From the IMG/VR virus record IMGVR_UViG_3300029705_000009: DNA of 64,000 bases. One strand, given 5' to 3'. Of this stretch, positions 1 through 9,026 are shown one piece after another (the stretch's first letter is position 1; each line of letters starts with the position of its first letter). The notes under the pieces are model-generated. The model searched no databases, was not told the DNA's origin, and saw only the letters and a program-made list of their open reading frames with translations. The position numbers and the translations under genes were made by a program. The DNA is from a virus (taxonomy: Duplodnaviria; Caudoviricetes).

Positions 1-543
1 TCCAGCCTCATAGTCTTTACGGATTGCTTTTGCATATTCATTGCGTTGATATCTTAAGGCATAACACTCTTTATCATCTGTCCTTTCCAATATCATGCAG
101 TCTTTTCCTACTGTGGTAATAGCATTGCAATAATCGCAAGAATTAATTTCTAGTTGTTGTTCGATTTTACCGTCTTCATTATATCTACCACGCATAGCAC
201 AACAAACCGGAAATTCCTCTATTACTTTTAATCCAGATCTTTCACTACGAAGTGTTGGACATTCCTCATATAATCTCAGTTCACGATTTGCATACAAATC
301 ATCTAGTATATAAGCTTCTTTATCTTCATCTTTAACAACATATAAATATGAATTTCCACCCATATTTCCTACAGGTTGAGCATTTAATGCCATTGCAATA
401 TGGTCACTTGAATATACCCTGTTTCCTTGTCTGAATTGTTTGCCAAAATTTATTTCTCCAAAACCAGTAAGTAATTGTGGTTTAAAAGTGTCTTCTCCAG
501 AAGCAGATATTACTCCACTTCTGGTTTCGTAAAATTTACACAT
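1..543 (-). CDS. Partial ORF (runs off window) made of C5-methyltransferase target-recognition-domain-like repeats; -1 frame relative to upstream MTase
   Basis: Manual translation MCKFYETRSG...QFRQGNRVYSSDHIAMALNAQ...ECPTLRS...CAMRGRY...NAITTVGKD...RNEYAKAIRKDYEAG, open from 543 to the window edge; segments resemble TRDs of multispecific phage MTases. Confidence 0.75.
   Translation of the reverse strand, partial: MCKFYETRSGVISASGEDTFKPQLLTGFGEINFGKQFRQGNRVYSSDHIAMALNAQPVGNMGGNSYLYVVKDEDKEAYILDDLYANRELRLYEECPTLRSERSGLKVIEEFPVCCAMRGRYNEDGKIEQQLEINSCDYCNAITTVGKDCMILERTDDKECYALRYQRNEYAKAIRKDYEAG
497..537 (-). promoter_or_regulatory. Putative -1 programmed ribosomal frameshift signal
   Basis: In-frame slippery heptamer A_AAT_TTT (537-531), 6-nt spacer, 11-bp hairpin CCAGAAGTGGA/TCTGCTTCTGG (524-497). 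Confidence 0.7.
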
Positions 544-2051
544 TTTTCGTCCGTACAAACATAAGATTCATCATACTGTGCTTTGTAAAGATGCTCAAAC
601 AGCAATTTAATGCAGTCCGTCACAATTGAATTTCCTGCCGCACGATAGCCTGCAGTATTAGAGCATCCTACTGCTACACATTTATCCCAATCTTCAAATT
701 CAAACCCCATCAATTTGAAGCATTCTCTCGGAGTCAATTTACGAATGCGATAAATAGTTTCATTGTATTCTACACCATTTTTTGTTTCCGAGAGTTCATC
801 GTAAATATTATTTTGATTACTTTCGTCTACAATACAAGGTTGTCTTAATCCGCCGGCCATTGTGTCTAAAGTTGGTGCTAAACCATTTGTGTTCCAAACA
901 GAACCAGCTTGATGTTTTGTATCGCCATCAAACATGCCTCCAATTCTTTCCGCGCTATCAAGCGTTTCAGACTCTACAACTGCAACCATATCTTGATTGC
1001 CAAATCCTTTCCAATCTCTTGCCATTAATGTATTTGCGGTATCAATTGTTCTAGAATATTCTGTAGCTTGATTTTTTACCAATATAGATTGACGTTCTAG
1101 CTTTAATTGTCCTTTGTCAATTAATTGCTTAATAAGATTTGTAGCACGTTCGGTATTTATGTAGTATTTTTCGTCCACATTCTTTTCTAGGACATCTTTA
1201 AGGCGTATACCAGTATCGAATGGGATGGGAAATGTAAATTTTCCGGCATCAATATCTTTGCGAACACTAAAAGCGAAAACGCGTTCTCTATTTTGGGGTA
1301 CGCCACACGTCTTACTATTGAGTACAGACCAAGGAGTGTTATAACCCAAATACTCCAATCTCTTAATCCAAGCATCAAAATCTGGTTTAAACTGCTTTCC
1401 TACAAGATTCTTTACATTTTCTAAGCAAAGATATTTAGGTGCAGTATTTGTTTCAATTGCTTTGATAAGCAATCTTTCTACTTCAAGCAACAATCCCGAT
1501 CTTGTTCCTTTAATATCATCAGAACCACAATGAGGACAAATATATCTATGTTCTACATCATAATCCATAGGATTGTATTTCTGTCCACAAGCATTACATG
1601 TTGCTGCCAAGCCATCTTGTTTACCGGCCAAACTGAAGCATTGACATGGCGAGCTATAAAACCAACAATCTGCTTCCGGCAACTGCTCAATTCTACTAAT
1701 GTCTCCAAGATTATTCTGAAGAGTCATTGCAAGCCAATACTTCTCAATATCTTTAGTCTTCTTTTTTAAAAGCTTATCCCAATCATACATTTTATCTTTG
1801 TCGAAATCCATACCAATATTGCGAGCTTTTAACTCTTCTACCATCTCTTCTCTATTGGGATAGTTTTCATAATTTTCAACCATCTCATTTGTTAATCCAT
1901 GATGAATTGCCGCGTATTCTACTACAGCTTCTTTATCAATGTCTGATGTTGCAACTACTTCTAAATCATATAATTCAGTATTATCTATTCCTCTTTTTTG
2001 AGCACCAATACCTGAAAATAGCTCAATCATTGTTAGTTTATGTTTAGTCAT
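510..2051 (-). CDS. dcm: DNA (cytosine-5)-methyltransferase, multispecific-phage type, with Zn-ribbon insert
   Basis: Motifs ELFSGIG, SPCQ, ENV, PQNRER, RKLTPRECFKLMGF, AGNS; CxxC...CxxC insert. Confidence 0.95.
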   Translation of the reverse strand: MTKHKLTMIELFSGIGAQKRGIDNTELYDLEVVATSDIDKEAVVEYAAIHHGLTNEMVENYENYPNREEMVEELKARNIGMDFDKDKMYDWDKLLKKKTKDIEKYWLAMTLQNNLGDISRIEQLPEADCWFYSSPCQCFSLAGKQDGLAATCNACGQKYNPMDYDVEHRYICPHCGSDDIKGTRSGLLLEVERLLIKAIETNTAPKYLCLENVKNLVGKQFKPDFDAWIKRLEYLGYNTPWSVLNSKTCGVPQNRERVFAFSVRKDIDAGKFTFPIPFDTGIRLKDVLEKNVDEKYYINTERATNLIKQLIDKGQLKLERQSILVKNQATEYSRTIDTANTLMARDWKGFGNQDMVAVVESETLDSAERIGGMFDGDTKHQAGSVWNTNGLAPTLDTMAGGLRQPCIVDESNQNNIYDELSETKNGVEYNETIYRIRKLTPRECFKLMGFEFEDWDKCVAVGCSNTAGYRAAGNSIVTDCIKLLFEHLYKAQYDESYVCTDEKCVNFTKPEVE

Positions 2052-2102
2052 TTATATCTCTCCATTTAATTTTATTTACTTATCATCAAAAAAAATAACT
2101 AA

Positions 2103-2261
2103 TTACATATACGTACACGCATAGTAGATTACATAGATCCATCCAAGTAATCCATGTAAAATTGCCCAACCGATACTCTCCCACGCTGTCCACGACATAC
2201 ATATAGCCAATGCAGAACCAATCCCAATGCCAGAAGTTACATAAGTCTTTTCTCTACTCAT
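2103..2261 (-). CDS. Small membrane protein (52 aa)
   Basis: Manual translation MSREKTYVTSGIGIGSALAICMSWTAWESIGWAILHGLLGWIYVIYYACTYM; AGGAG RBS. Confidence 0.75.
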   Translation of the reverse strand: MSREKTYVTSGIGIGSALAICMSWTAWESIGWAILHGLLGWIYVIYYACTYM

Positions 2262-3035
2262 TTATGCTTCTCCTCTTAAAATCTGTCCTACGAATGTTTT
2301 TAATGGCTCTTTGAGATTCTGTTTGGCCAACCATAAAATATAATCATTTGGCACATTCTTCAGTAAAGTACCAGCATGTTTTCCGAAAGGCATTTCGTAT
2401 GTATTAATATCAGGCAATGCTACATTTACTGGGAAGTTGACTTGGAGTAATTCTTTTAACTCATCAGAAATAATCATATCAATATTATTTCTTGAACTAA
2501 GAATGTCGCATTCGTGAATAAATAGTTCCATATCATTCTTAGGCTCAGGAAGTACCACTTTACTTCTTTTACTGGTAGTCCACTCACCAGAATGAGCTGC
2601 ACACATCTCGGCAATAACTTTTTTTAATTTTGAATCAATATCATGTTCTACTACTGTATTTAAAACCCAATCGTGAGCTAACATTGGATGCTCGTGCACT
2701 GTATGTTGAGATCCATTCGGTCCGCACTTTATGGCATCGTGAAAAATCGGTATACATCTCATACAATCACGAAGAATTGGATCGTTATACTTCTCCTTAT
2801 TGCCTTTAAGGTTTAATCTATAATTCAAAATTTCAGAAAACATATATGCATGATATACTTGCCCATAAACTTCACACTGAGTCTTATTGTGATATTTCCC
2901 AGAAGTGCTACTTGGCATGGTGAATATAATGTCCGGAATTTCTTGTACCATATCTGCGAAGTAATCTCTAACTAAGTCAGTTTCAAAATTTGCCAACATA
3001 GGCTCAAATACATTAAATTTATTTTTGTTCTTCAT
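2262..3035 (-). CDS. HD-domain phosphohydrolase-like protein with C-terminal MPFGKH (DUF3820-like) module
   Basis: SSTSGKYH...H...HD...H...D pattern; MPFGKHAG C-terminus. Confidence 0.7.
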   Translation of the reverse strand: MKNKNKFNVFEPMLANFETDLVRDYFADMVQEIPDIIFTMPSSTSGKYHNKTQCEVYGQVYHAYMFSEILNYRLNLKGNKEKYNDPILRDCMRCIPIFHDAIKCGPNGSQHTVHEHPMLAHDWVLNTVVEHDIDSKLKKVIAEMCAAHSGEWTTSKRSKVVLPEPKNDMELFIHECDILSSRNNIDMIISDELKELLQVNFPVNVALPDINTYEMPFGKHAGTLLKNVPNDYILWLAKQNLKEPLKTFVGQILRGEA

Positions 3036-3068
3036 TTTTATTCCTCTTGTAATTTTATTTAGTTACGT

Positions 3069-3461
3069 CTATGCTTTATAATTAATTACATGCACTTCTA
3101 ATCCATGCTTCTTTGCTAAATTAATCATATGATTGGTTCCTCTTGATTCCCCATCCCAAAACGCAATTAACATGCCTTCATTGCCATCTTGCACAGAGAA
3201 CTTTGCCATTTCTTCATTTCTTACATATCCAGCACGTTTACCAAGGTTATCCCAATCCGGAATAAATCTTACTATTTCTAGTCCCATATCATCGGCAAAA
3301 CGTTCGCCCAATTTGTCAGCTCCTCTAGCACCACCACTAACAATTGTTGTTAAATCCGGAAAGATAGTTTTATTCGTAATAATTTCAATGGCAGATTTCT
3401 TTAACAACTCATAATCATTAAAATCTCGACTTCCTGCTATAATTACTCTTAACTCTCTCAT
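3069..3461 (-). CDS. DUF2493 / YspA-like SLOG-family protein
   Basis: IIAGSRDF, SGGARGAD, AGYVRN, FWDGESRGT motifs. Confidence 0.85.
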   Translation of the reverse strand: MRELRVIIAGSRDFNDYELLKKSAIEIITNKTIFPDLTTIVSGGARGADKLGERFADDMGLEIVRFIPDWDNLGKRAGYVRNEEMAKFSVQDGNEGMLIAFWDGESRGTNHMINLAKKHGLEVHVINYKA

Positions 3462-3475
3462 ATTTCTCCTTTAAT

Positions 3476-4006
3476 TTACCTTAAATAATTCTTCAAATAA
3501 TATTCAAAATATTTCTTTATGAATAAAGCTGAATACTTATTGTCTGGCATAAACATAATTGGAATGTCGTATTTGAACCAAAAACTATGCAATGATGCTA
3601 GGAATGACTTTTTATTATATTGTGTTTGGTAATTTCCAGTCACAACATCAGAGTAATTAGCATTCTCAATCAACAACACTTTTGTCTTTGGAGCAAGACA
3701 AAGTTCTTTTTCAAATCGATCTCGCTCCGAAGTCAAATTACCACTAACTTCTTCTAGACTAGCTTTTCTTTCAATGCAAATTTTCTGATCAAAATACATA
3801 TCTCTTGGAATAGACAAAGCATCATTTTGGGGCAATGCAAAACTGTAGTCTCCGTAATCAAGAGCTTTCTTTTTATACGCAATACCATTCTTGTCAAAAC
3901 TTTCAGTAATGTGATCTGCTTTACGTTCTCTCGTATCTATAAGTATTATCATGCTATTTACTAATTCGTCGAGTTCCCGTTCTGTATACTTAAAACTCTG
4001 TATCAA
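3476..4006 (-). CDS. ERCC4-domain nuclease
   Basis: IDTRE, GDYS, IERKAS motifs; start moved to TTG after GGAGG. Confidence 0.85.
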   Translation of the reverse strand: MIQSFKYTERELDELVNSMIILIDTRERKADHITESFDKNGIAYKKKALDYGDYSFALPQNDALSIPRDMYFDQKICIERKASLEEVSGNLTSERDRFEKELCLAPKTKVLLIENANYSDVVTGNYQTQYNKKSFLASLHSFWFKYDIPIMFMPDNKYSALFIKKYFEYYLKNYLR

Positions 4007-4685
4007 AATATTTCCTCCATTTATACCCACCAGCCGTATGAGATTCACCTCTAATGACTCTTGCTATATTACCTCTACAGATCCCTGTAATTATTTCGGC
4101 TTCCCATATGCTTTCAAAAGTTTCAACAAATTCATCGTCTAATGTAAATTGTTGTATTTTTATTTTTTTGTTTCTGTTTTCCAATTCAATATTCTTTTCC
4201 TTTTTCATAATGCATATAGTAGTTTTCGAATATATTTTTTCTTGACTAGATTTATAATCTTTATCTATATCCCAAATGTCTGGATTTTCAACTAAATAAT
4301 TATAGTTAGGTAATTGCTCTATTATTTCGACATAGCTTTTAAAATTTAACAATTCTTTAGAAACTGTAACTCCCTTAGCTCCATAAAACTTATATCCAGC
4401 ATGTTTTGGGTTATAGCATCTACCAATCATATTAATCCATCGACTAAAAAGAAAATGTTTAGTTGCATCTTTCATACCTGCGCAAGCAATTCCATAATAC
4501 GTTGGCTTACCCAAGTCTTGAACTTTTCCATTATTTAATTGTTTAATTATGGCACAACACTCATAGCCACTATCAAATTTTATATTTCTTCGCCTATTAC
4601 TATCTGCGTAAGAAATTATAGTGTACCAACTGCCTTGATTATTCTGATATCTTTCTCCAATTAAATATTTTGTTTTTAACGCTAT
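3990..4685 (-). CDS. HNH-type homing-endonuclease-like protein with C-terminal NUMOD1 domain
   Basis: WINMIGRCY..YGAKGVTV..DIDKD; NUMOD1 end (FESIWEAE..GNI..TAGGYKW); frame open upstream to an ATA after GAGGTGA. Confidence 0.75.
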   Translation of the reverse strand: MALKTKYLIGERYQNNQGSWYTIISYADSNRRRNIKFDSGYECCAIIKQLNNGKVQDLGKPTYYGIACAGMKDATKHFLFSRWINMIGRCYNPKHAGYKFYGAKGVTVSKELLNFKSYVEIIEQLPNYNYLVENPDIWDIDKDYKSSQEKIYSKTTICIMKKEKNIELENRNKKIKIQQFTLDDEFVETFESIWEAEIITGICRGNIARVIRGESHTAGGYKWRKYFDTEF

Positions 4686-4686
4686 T

Positions 4687-7600
4687 TTATATCACCTCTC
4701 GACATATCCTATAATCAGAGAGCCACCATTCTTTTTCATCAGATTGTACCCACTGACCATTTTCTTTTTTCATTTTGTTCTTTTTGTATTGACGTTCAAC
4801 TTTTATAATGTCTCCACGTTTTACCTGGTTGGCAGCAAATGTCTTTTTATCAATTTTTACAGGGATGGTATTGCCATTTGCCAATGCATACAGTTTGAGC
4901 TTTGGTGAAAAATCAACATTCAAGTCTGTCACTATACAATAACCGGCGTATTTCTTGTCTACTATATCTACATATCCAAGGTTTTCTATTTGATATGCAA
5001 TAATCGTTCTTAAACTTGTCTTTTCATTTGGAATTGCAGATGTTAGTTCGTTTAACAAACCTACACTATCTAAACCAGAAAACATCTTTGGAGTTTCTTT
5101 GGCTGCGTACTTTCTTACAACATCAAAATCCAATCCATCTTCAAACAATTTTTCTTTTTTCATCTGCTTTTTGCCGTAATACTTGTTAAACACATCATTA
5201 CATTTTAATAAATAATTAATGCCTCCAAATTCAGAGAAGAAATTTAGCTTAATAAGGATTTCTAGCTTTCTACTATCAACTCTAAGATTCTGAATTTTTG
5301 CCAATAAATCAATGAATGTATCAAACTTTTCATCTTTAATGGAATACAAATCATTCGCAGCATCATCATTAAGAAACTTTACAGATGCAATACCTTTATA
5401 AATGCCGTTTTCATCGCAAGAATATTTCGCCGTAGAATGCCTAAATTTGATACTATGTATAGGGATTTGTAACTGTTTGGCAAGTTCGGTGCCGGATTTA
5501 ATATCATCCTCATTGTTTGCATTATTCAGATATGCAGTGATAAATTCTCTTGGATAATAATATCTAAGATATCCACATATATAACCAATCATTGAATACC
5601 CAGTAGAATGATTATATCCGAACTGATAGTTTGAACTGTCTTCGATAATTCTTAGGAATTCGTTGGCTTCTTGTACTGCTATTTCTCTCGGTCTGTCTGA
5701 TTTACTGCAATATCCCTCTAGGATACTTGGCAAAGCAGCTTCTAATCTGTCTCTTTGCTTACGACCAATTGCTCGTCTGATATTGTCTGCAGCAGATCCA
5801 CTTAATCCGCAAATATTTGTTAAGAACTTAATGGTATCCTCCTGAAATACAAGGAACCCATTATTAGCACTAAGTAAATCATCAATGATTTCAGATGGAT
5901 TCTTATTAGGTTTATGGTCAAGAAGTTTATCTCTGTAACTTTCTCCAGAAGGACGAATCGATGCATTTACAAGAGACAAGTCGTTTACTCTTCTACAGCC
6001 AAATCTCTTGAGTGAATCATATGCAAATTTACTTTCGAACTGGAAGATTCCAACAGGACTATCAACAATATGATTCCACGCTTCCTTATCTTCCCAATTT
6101 ACTGTGTGAGATTTGGGATATGGAATACGCGCCAACTCACAACAATCCTTTATAATATCTATATTTTTTAATCCAAGAAGGTCATATTTAACTAAAGAAA
6201 CTTCATGAACTTCTTCCATGTTAACACTGATAATCCTCTTGCCATCTTTTGACCAAAACGTACCATAGTTATCTGGAAGTGTAACTGGACTTACAATGAT
6301 TCCTGCTGGATGCATTGATTGAGAAATTGCAGTTCCTACCAAGCCATCAAAGTAATAAAACAACTCTTTATATTGATTTTCCTTTAAATACTTTAAGGAT
6401 TTTTCGGCTTGTGTCTTTTTATTTTCGCACTCTGCTTTTTCTTGAAGTAACTTATCATTCTTTTCAAAATCTCTAGTTGATTCTATCTTCTTAATTTTGT
6501 CTATATTATTTTGAATTGTATCTGTGTACAAAGAATATAATTCTTTAATCTGCTTAACTTCATCTAACGGAATATTTAATGCTCTTCCTATTTCATCAAT
6601 AGTTCCTTTGTCTGAAATAGTGCCAATAGCCAAAATATAAGCTGTCTTATCTTCTCCGAATTTTTCAATAATATGTTCGTATACCAGATGTCGCTGCGAA
6701 GGAGCTATGTCCAAATCAATATCACCAATCTCTTTTCGATCCTCATTGGCGAATCGAGAGAATACTGTGTTCCAAACGATTGGATCAACATCGATTATAT
6801 CTGTCAAATATGCAATAGTAGATCCTCCTACAGATCCTCTACAAAATCCTATAGGAATATTATTCTCCCAACACCAGCACACCAACTCAGACATAAACAA
6901 CATAAAGCCAACCATACCGATTTTTTTGAATACTCTAAGTTCTTCCTGAATATTCTCTTCATATCTTGGATCTGGTTTTATAATTCCCTTATCTAGCTTA
7001 TCCTGGTACATCTTATAAATACGTTGAACAAACACTTCTTCTTCATTATCATATAAAACCGGATACTTGAAGTCTGTATCTAATTCATAATCTGTAACAG
7101 AATCTGCCATTCTATTTGTATTTTCGATGGCTTCTAAAATCACATTTCTGGGAAGTGCACCTTGCTGCCAAAACATATCTACAAGTTCGTCATACGATTT
7201 ATATGTAAGATCAAATTCATCTTCGTTAGAAAATTCTATACGTTTCGCTTTCTGCAAAATACTTCTACACTCGGCCTTATATGTATTAATGCTATGTGTA
7301 TCTGTACCGGCGATAAGTGGTTTACCATATTTCTTAGAAGCTTCATAAAGCATTTGATTATACTTAATCTGGTCTGACGATTTGTGATACTGAATCTCAT
7401 AATAGTCATAAGATTTCAGGAGTTTTTCATAGTTTTCCTTTGCAACATCAATTTCTTTATTTAATAAACTAATTTGTTCGTCACATCGTTTATTAACATT
7501 TTTAATTTCATTTTCAATATACTCACACCATGCCTCATGTGGAGTACACCTCCATGCCCAAGGAACTGAATGGTCATAGTCTGCATTGTCATAAGAATGA

Positions 7601-8145
7601 ATCCACCTATCTTCTTCATTCTTATCTGCCATTCTATTCGATATTAAAACTATTTCATCTTCTCTATCCTTGTTAATTTTATCTATTCTAGAAGCAATAT
7701 CTCCAACACTACTTGGATATTTACTTAAAGGAGAAGCCAAACATGCAGATATTTTTATAACGTTGTCAGATATATTAAAAAACTCTTCAAAAGAGATTCT
7801 GGGCTTATAATACATGTGATCTTCTCTGGTAGAAGCGTCAATTAACAGGTTAATCTCTTTAATACCCTCTTTATTCTTTGCAATAAGAATTGTATGGTAA
7901 TTATCTCTAACCTTGTTTTCGTGTGAATGTGTTAAATAAATCTCAACACCATGCATGTACTTAAGACCTTTTTTATTTGCATACATCTTTTTTTCGATGT
8001 TATTATAAGTATTTCCGTGCTCTGTAAAGCAAATTGCAGTCTGCCCTAACTCGGCGGCTCTATCACAATACAACTTAAAATTAGTACAACTATCTAAAAG
8101 AGAATCTTCTGTATGGAGGTGGTATACAGTATAATTTTTACTCAC
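4687..8145 (-). CDS. dnaE: DNA polymerase III alpha subunit (PHP + polymerase + OB)
   Basis: HLHTEDSLLD, TEHG, GRG-like CRGSVGGS, DIDLD, HPAG, KYDLLGL, FQE, YQFGYNHS. Confidence 0.95.
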   Translation of the reverse strand: MSKNYTVYHLHTEDSLLDSCTNFKLYCDRAAELGQTAICFTEHGNTYNNIEKKMYANKKGLKYMHGVEIYLTHSHENKVRDNYHTILIAKNKEGIKEINLLIDASTREDHMYYKPRISFEEFFNISDNVIKISACLASPLSKYPSSVGDIASRIDKINKDREDEIVLISNRMADKNEEDRWIHSYDNADYDHSVPWAWRCTPHEAWCEYIENEIKNVNKRCDEQISLLNKEIDVAKENYEKLLKSYDYYEIQYHKSSDQIKYNQMLYEASKKYGKPLIAGTDTHSINTYKAECRSILQKAKRIEFSNEDEFDLTYKSYDELVDMFWQQGALPRNVILEAIENTNRMADSVTDYELDTDFKYPVLYDNEEEVFVQRIYKMYQDKLDKGIIKPDPRYEENIQEELRVFKKIGMVGFMLFMSELVCWCWENNIPIGFCRGSVGGSTIAYLTDIIDVDPIVWNTVFSRFANEDRKEIGDIDLDIAPSQRHLVYEHIIEKFGEDKTAYILAIGTISDKGTIDEIGRALNIPLDEVKQIKELYSLYTDTIQNNIDKIKKIESTRDFEKNDKLLQEKAECENKKTQAEKSLKYLKENQYKELFYYFDGLVGTAISQSMHPAGIIVSPVTLPDNYGTFWSKDGKRIISVNMEEVHEVSLVKYDLLGLKNIDIIKDCCELARIPYPKSHTVNWEDKEAWNHIVDSPVGIFQFESKFAYDSLKRFGCRRVNDLSLVNASIRPSGESYRDKLLDHKPNKNPSEIIDDLLSANNGFLVFQEDTIKFLTNICGLSGSAADNIRRAIGRKQRDRLEAALPSILEGYCSKSDRPREIAVQEANEFLRIIEDSSNYQFGYNHSTGYSMIGYICGYLRYYYPREFITAYLNNANNEDDIKSGTELAKQLQIPIHSIKFRHSTAKYSCDENGIYKGIASVKFLNDDAANDLYSIKDEKFDTFIDLLAKIQNLRVDSRKLEILIKLNFFSEFGGINYLLKCNDVFNKYYGKKQMKKEKLFEDGLDFDVVRKYAAKETPKMFSGLDSVGLLNELTSAIPNEKTSLRTIIAYQIENLGYVDIVDKKYAGYCIVTDLNVDFSPKLKLYALANGNTIPVKIDKKTFAANQVKRGDIIKVERQYKKNKMKKENGQWVQSDEKEWWLSDYRICREVI

Positions 8146-8156
8146 ATAACCACCTC

Positions 8157-9011
8157 CTAAACGTATGATTCTGTTTCGGGATTGTAGTAACCAGAATTTG
8201 AATCTGTAGCTTTCTTTGTAGGTTGTGGCTTATATTCACAGGCATTTTCACGTTGACCACACAAATAATTGCAGTAATAGTAGTCTGGATTAGGAAACCA
8301 GTTCTCTTCATTCTCAATTAAATGAATAGTGTCTTCTGCCCACTTTATAGCTTCATCATATCCTTCTTGAGTCCAGTCAATCTTTATATGGTTTCTGTCC
8401 TTAAACATATTCCATTCCAGATAATCAACATGACCGTACTCTTCAATCACAGCCTTAGAATATAAGTAAAGCTGTCTCTGAAATTCTAGAAAATGCTTCT
8501 GATCAGATTTGCTAATCTTTCCGCTCTTCAGAATCTTAATAGATGCACTCTTGTGGTCTAAGATAATAATTTTGCCACTTTCTTTCTCCTTTAAAAGCAA
8601 ATCGATATAGCCAATCATTTCGTAATTACCTATCTTGAACTTTACTTCTTTTTCTACGCCAAGAATTTCATAGTTGTCCAAAATCAAATCTATATTGTCG
8701 AGATATTCAAGTCCTTTGTTGTAATAAGATTCTTTGATGTCAACATAATTGTTTGGAGGTGCATCACAAGTAACTTCTAAATGAAAATTGTCCTCATAAT
8801 ATTGAGACAGTTCAAACAGAGTGATCTCCTCTTTTGCATACATCTCCAAAATCTTATGTACAAATGAACCGAACTGTCCGAAAAATCCTTCTAATGATTT
8901 ATTGCATTCTATGTAGTGCAATTTCCATTCATATGCACATTGATAAAAAGAATTTAATCTGCTGAACGACCATTTCATCGTATCTAATAAAAACAATGTT
9001 TCTTCTGTCAT
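8157..9011 (-). CDS. PD-(D/E)XK RecB/Cas4-like exonuclease
   Basis: SFSRL..C, G..H, GYIDL, DHKS, QLYLY, C-terminal CxxxC..C. Confidence 0.85.
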   Translation of the reverse strand: MTEETLFLLDTMKWSFSRLNSFYQCAYEWKLHYIECNKSLEGFFGQFGSFVHKILEMYAKEEITLFELSQYYEDNFHLEVTCDAPPNNYVDIKESYYNKGLEYLDNIDLILDNYEILGVEKEVKFKIGNYEMIGYIDLLLKEKESGKIIILDHKSASIKILKSGKISKSDQKHFLEFQRQLYLYSKAVIEEYGHVDYLEWNMFKDRNHIKIDWTQEGYDEAIKWAEDTIHLIENEENWFPNPDYYYCNYLCGQRENACEYKPQPTKKATDSNSGYYNPETESYV

Positions 9012-9026
9012 ATAACACCTCCTGGT

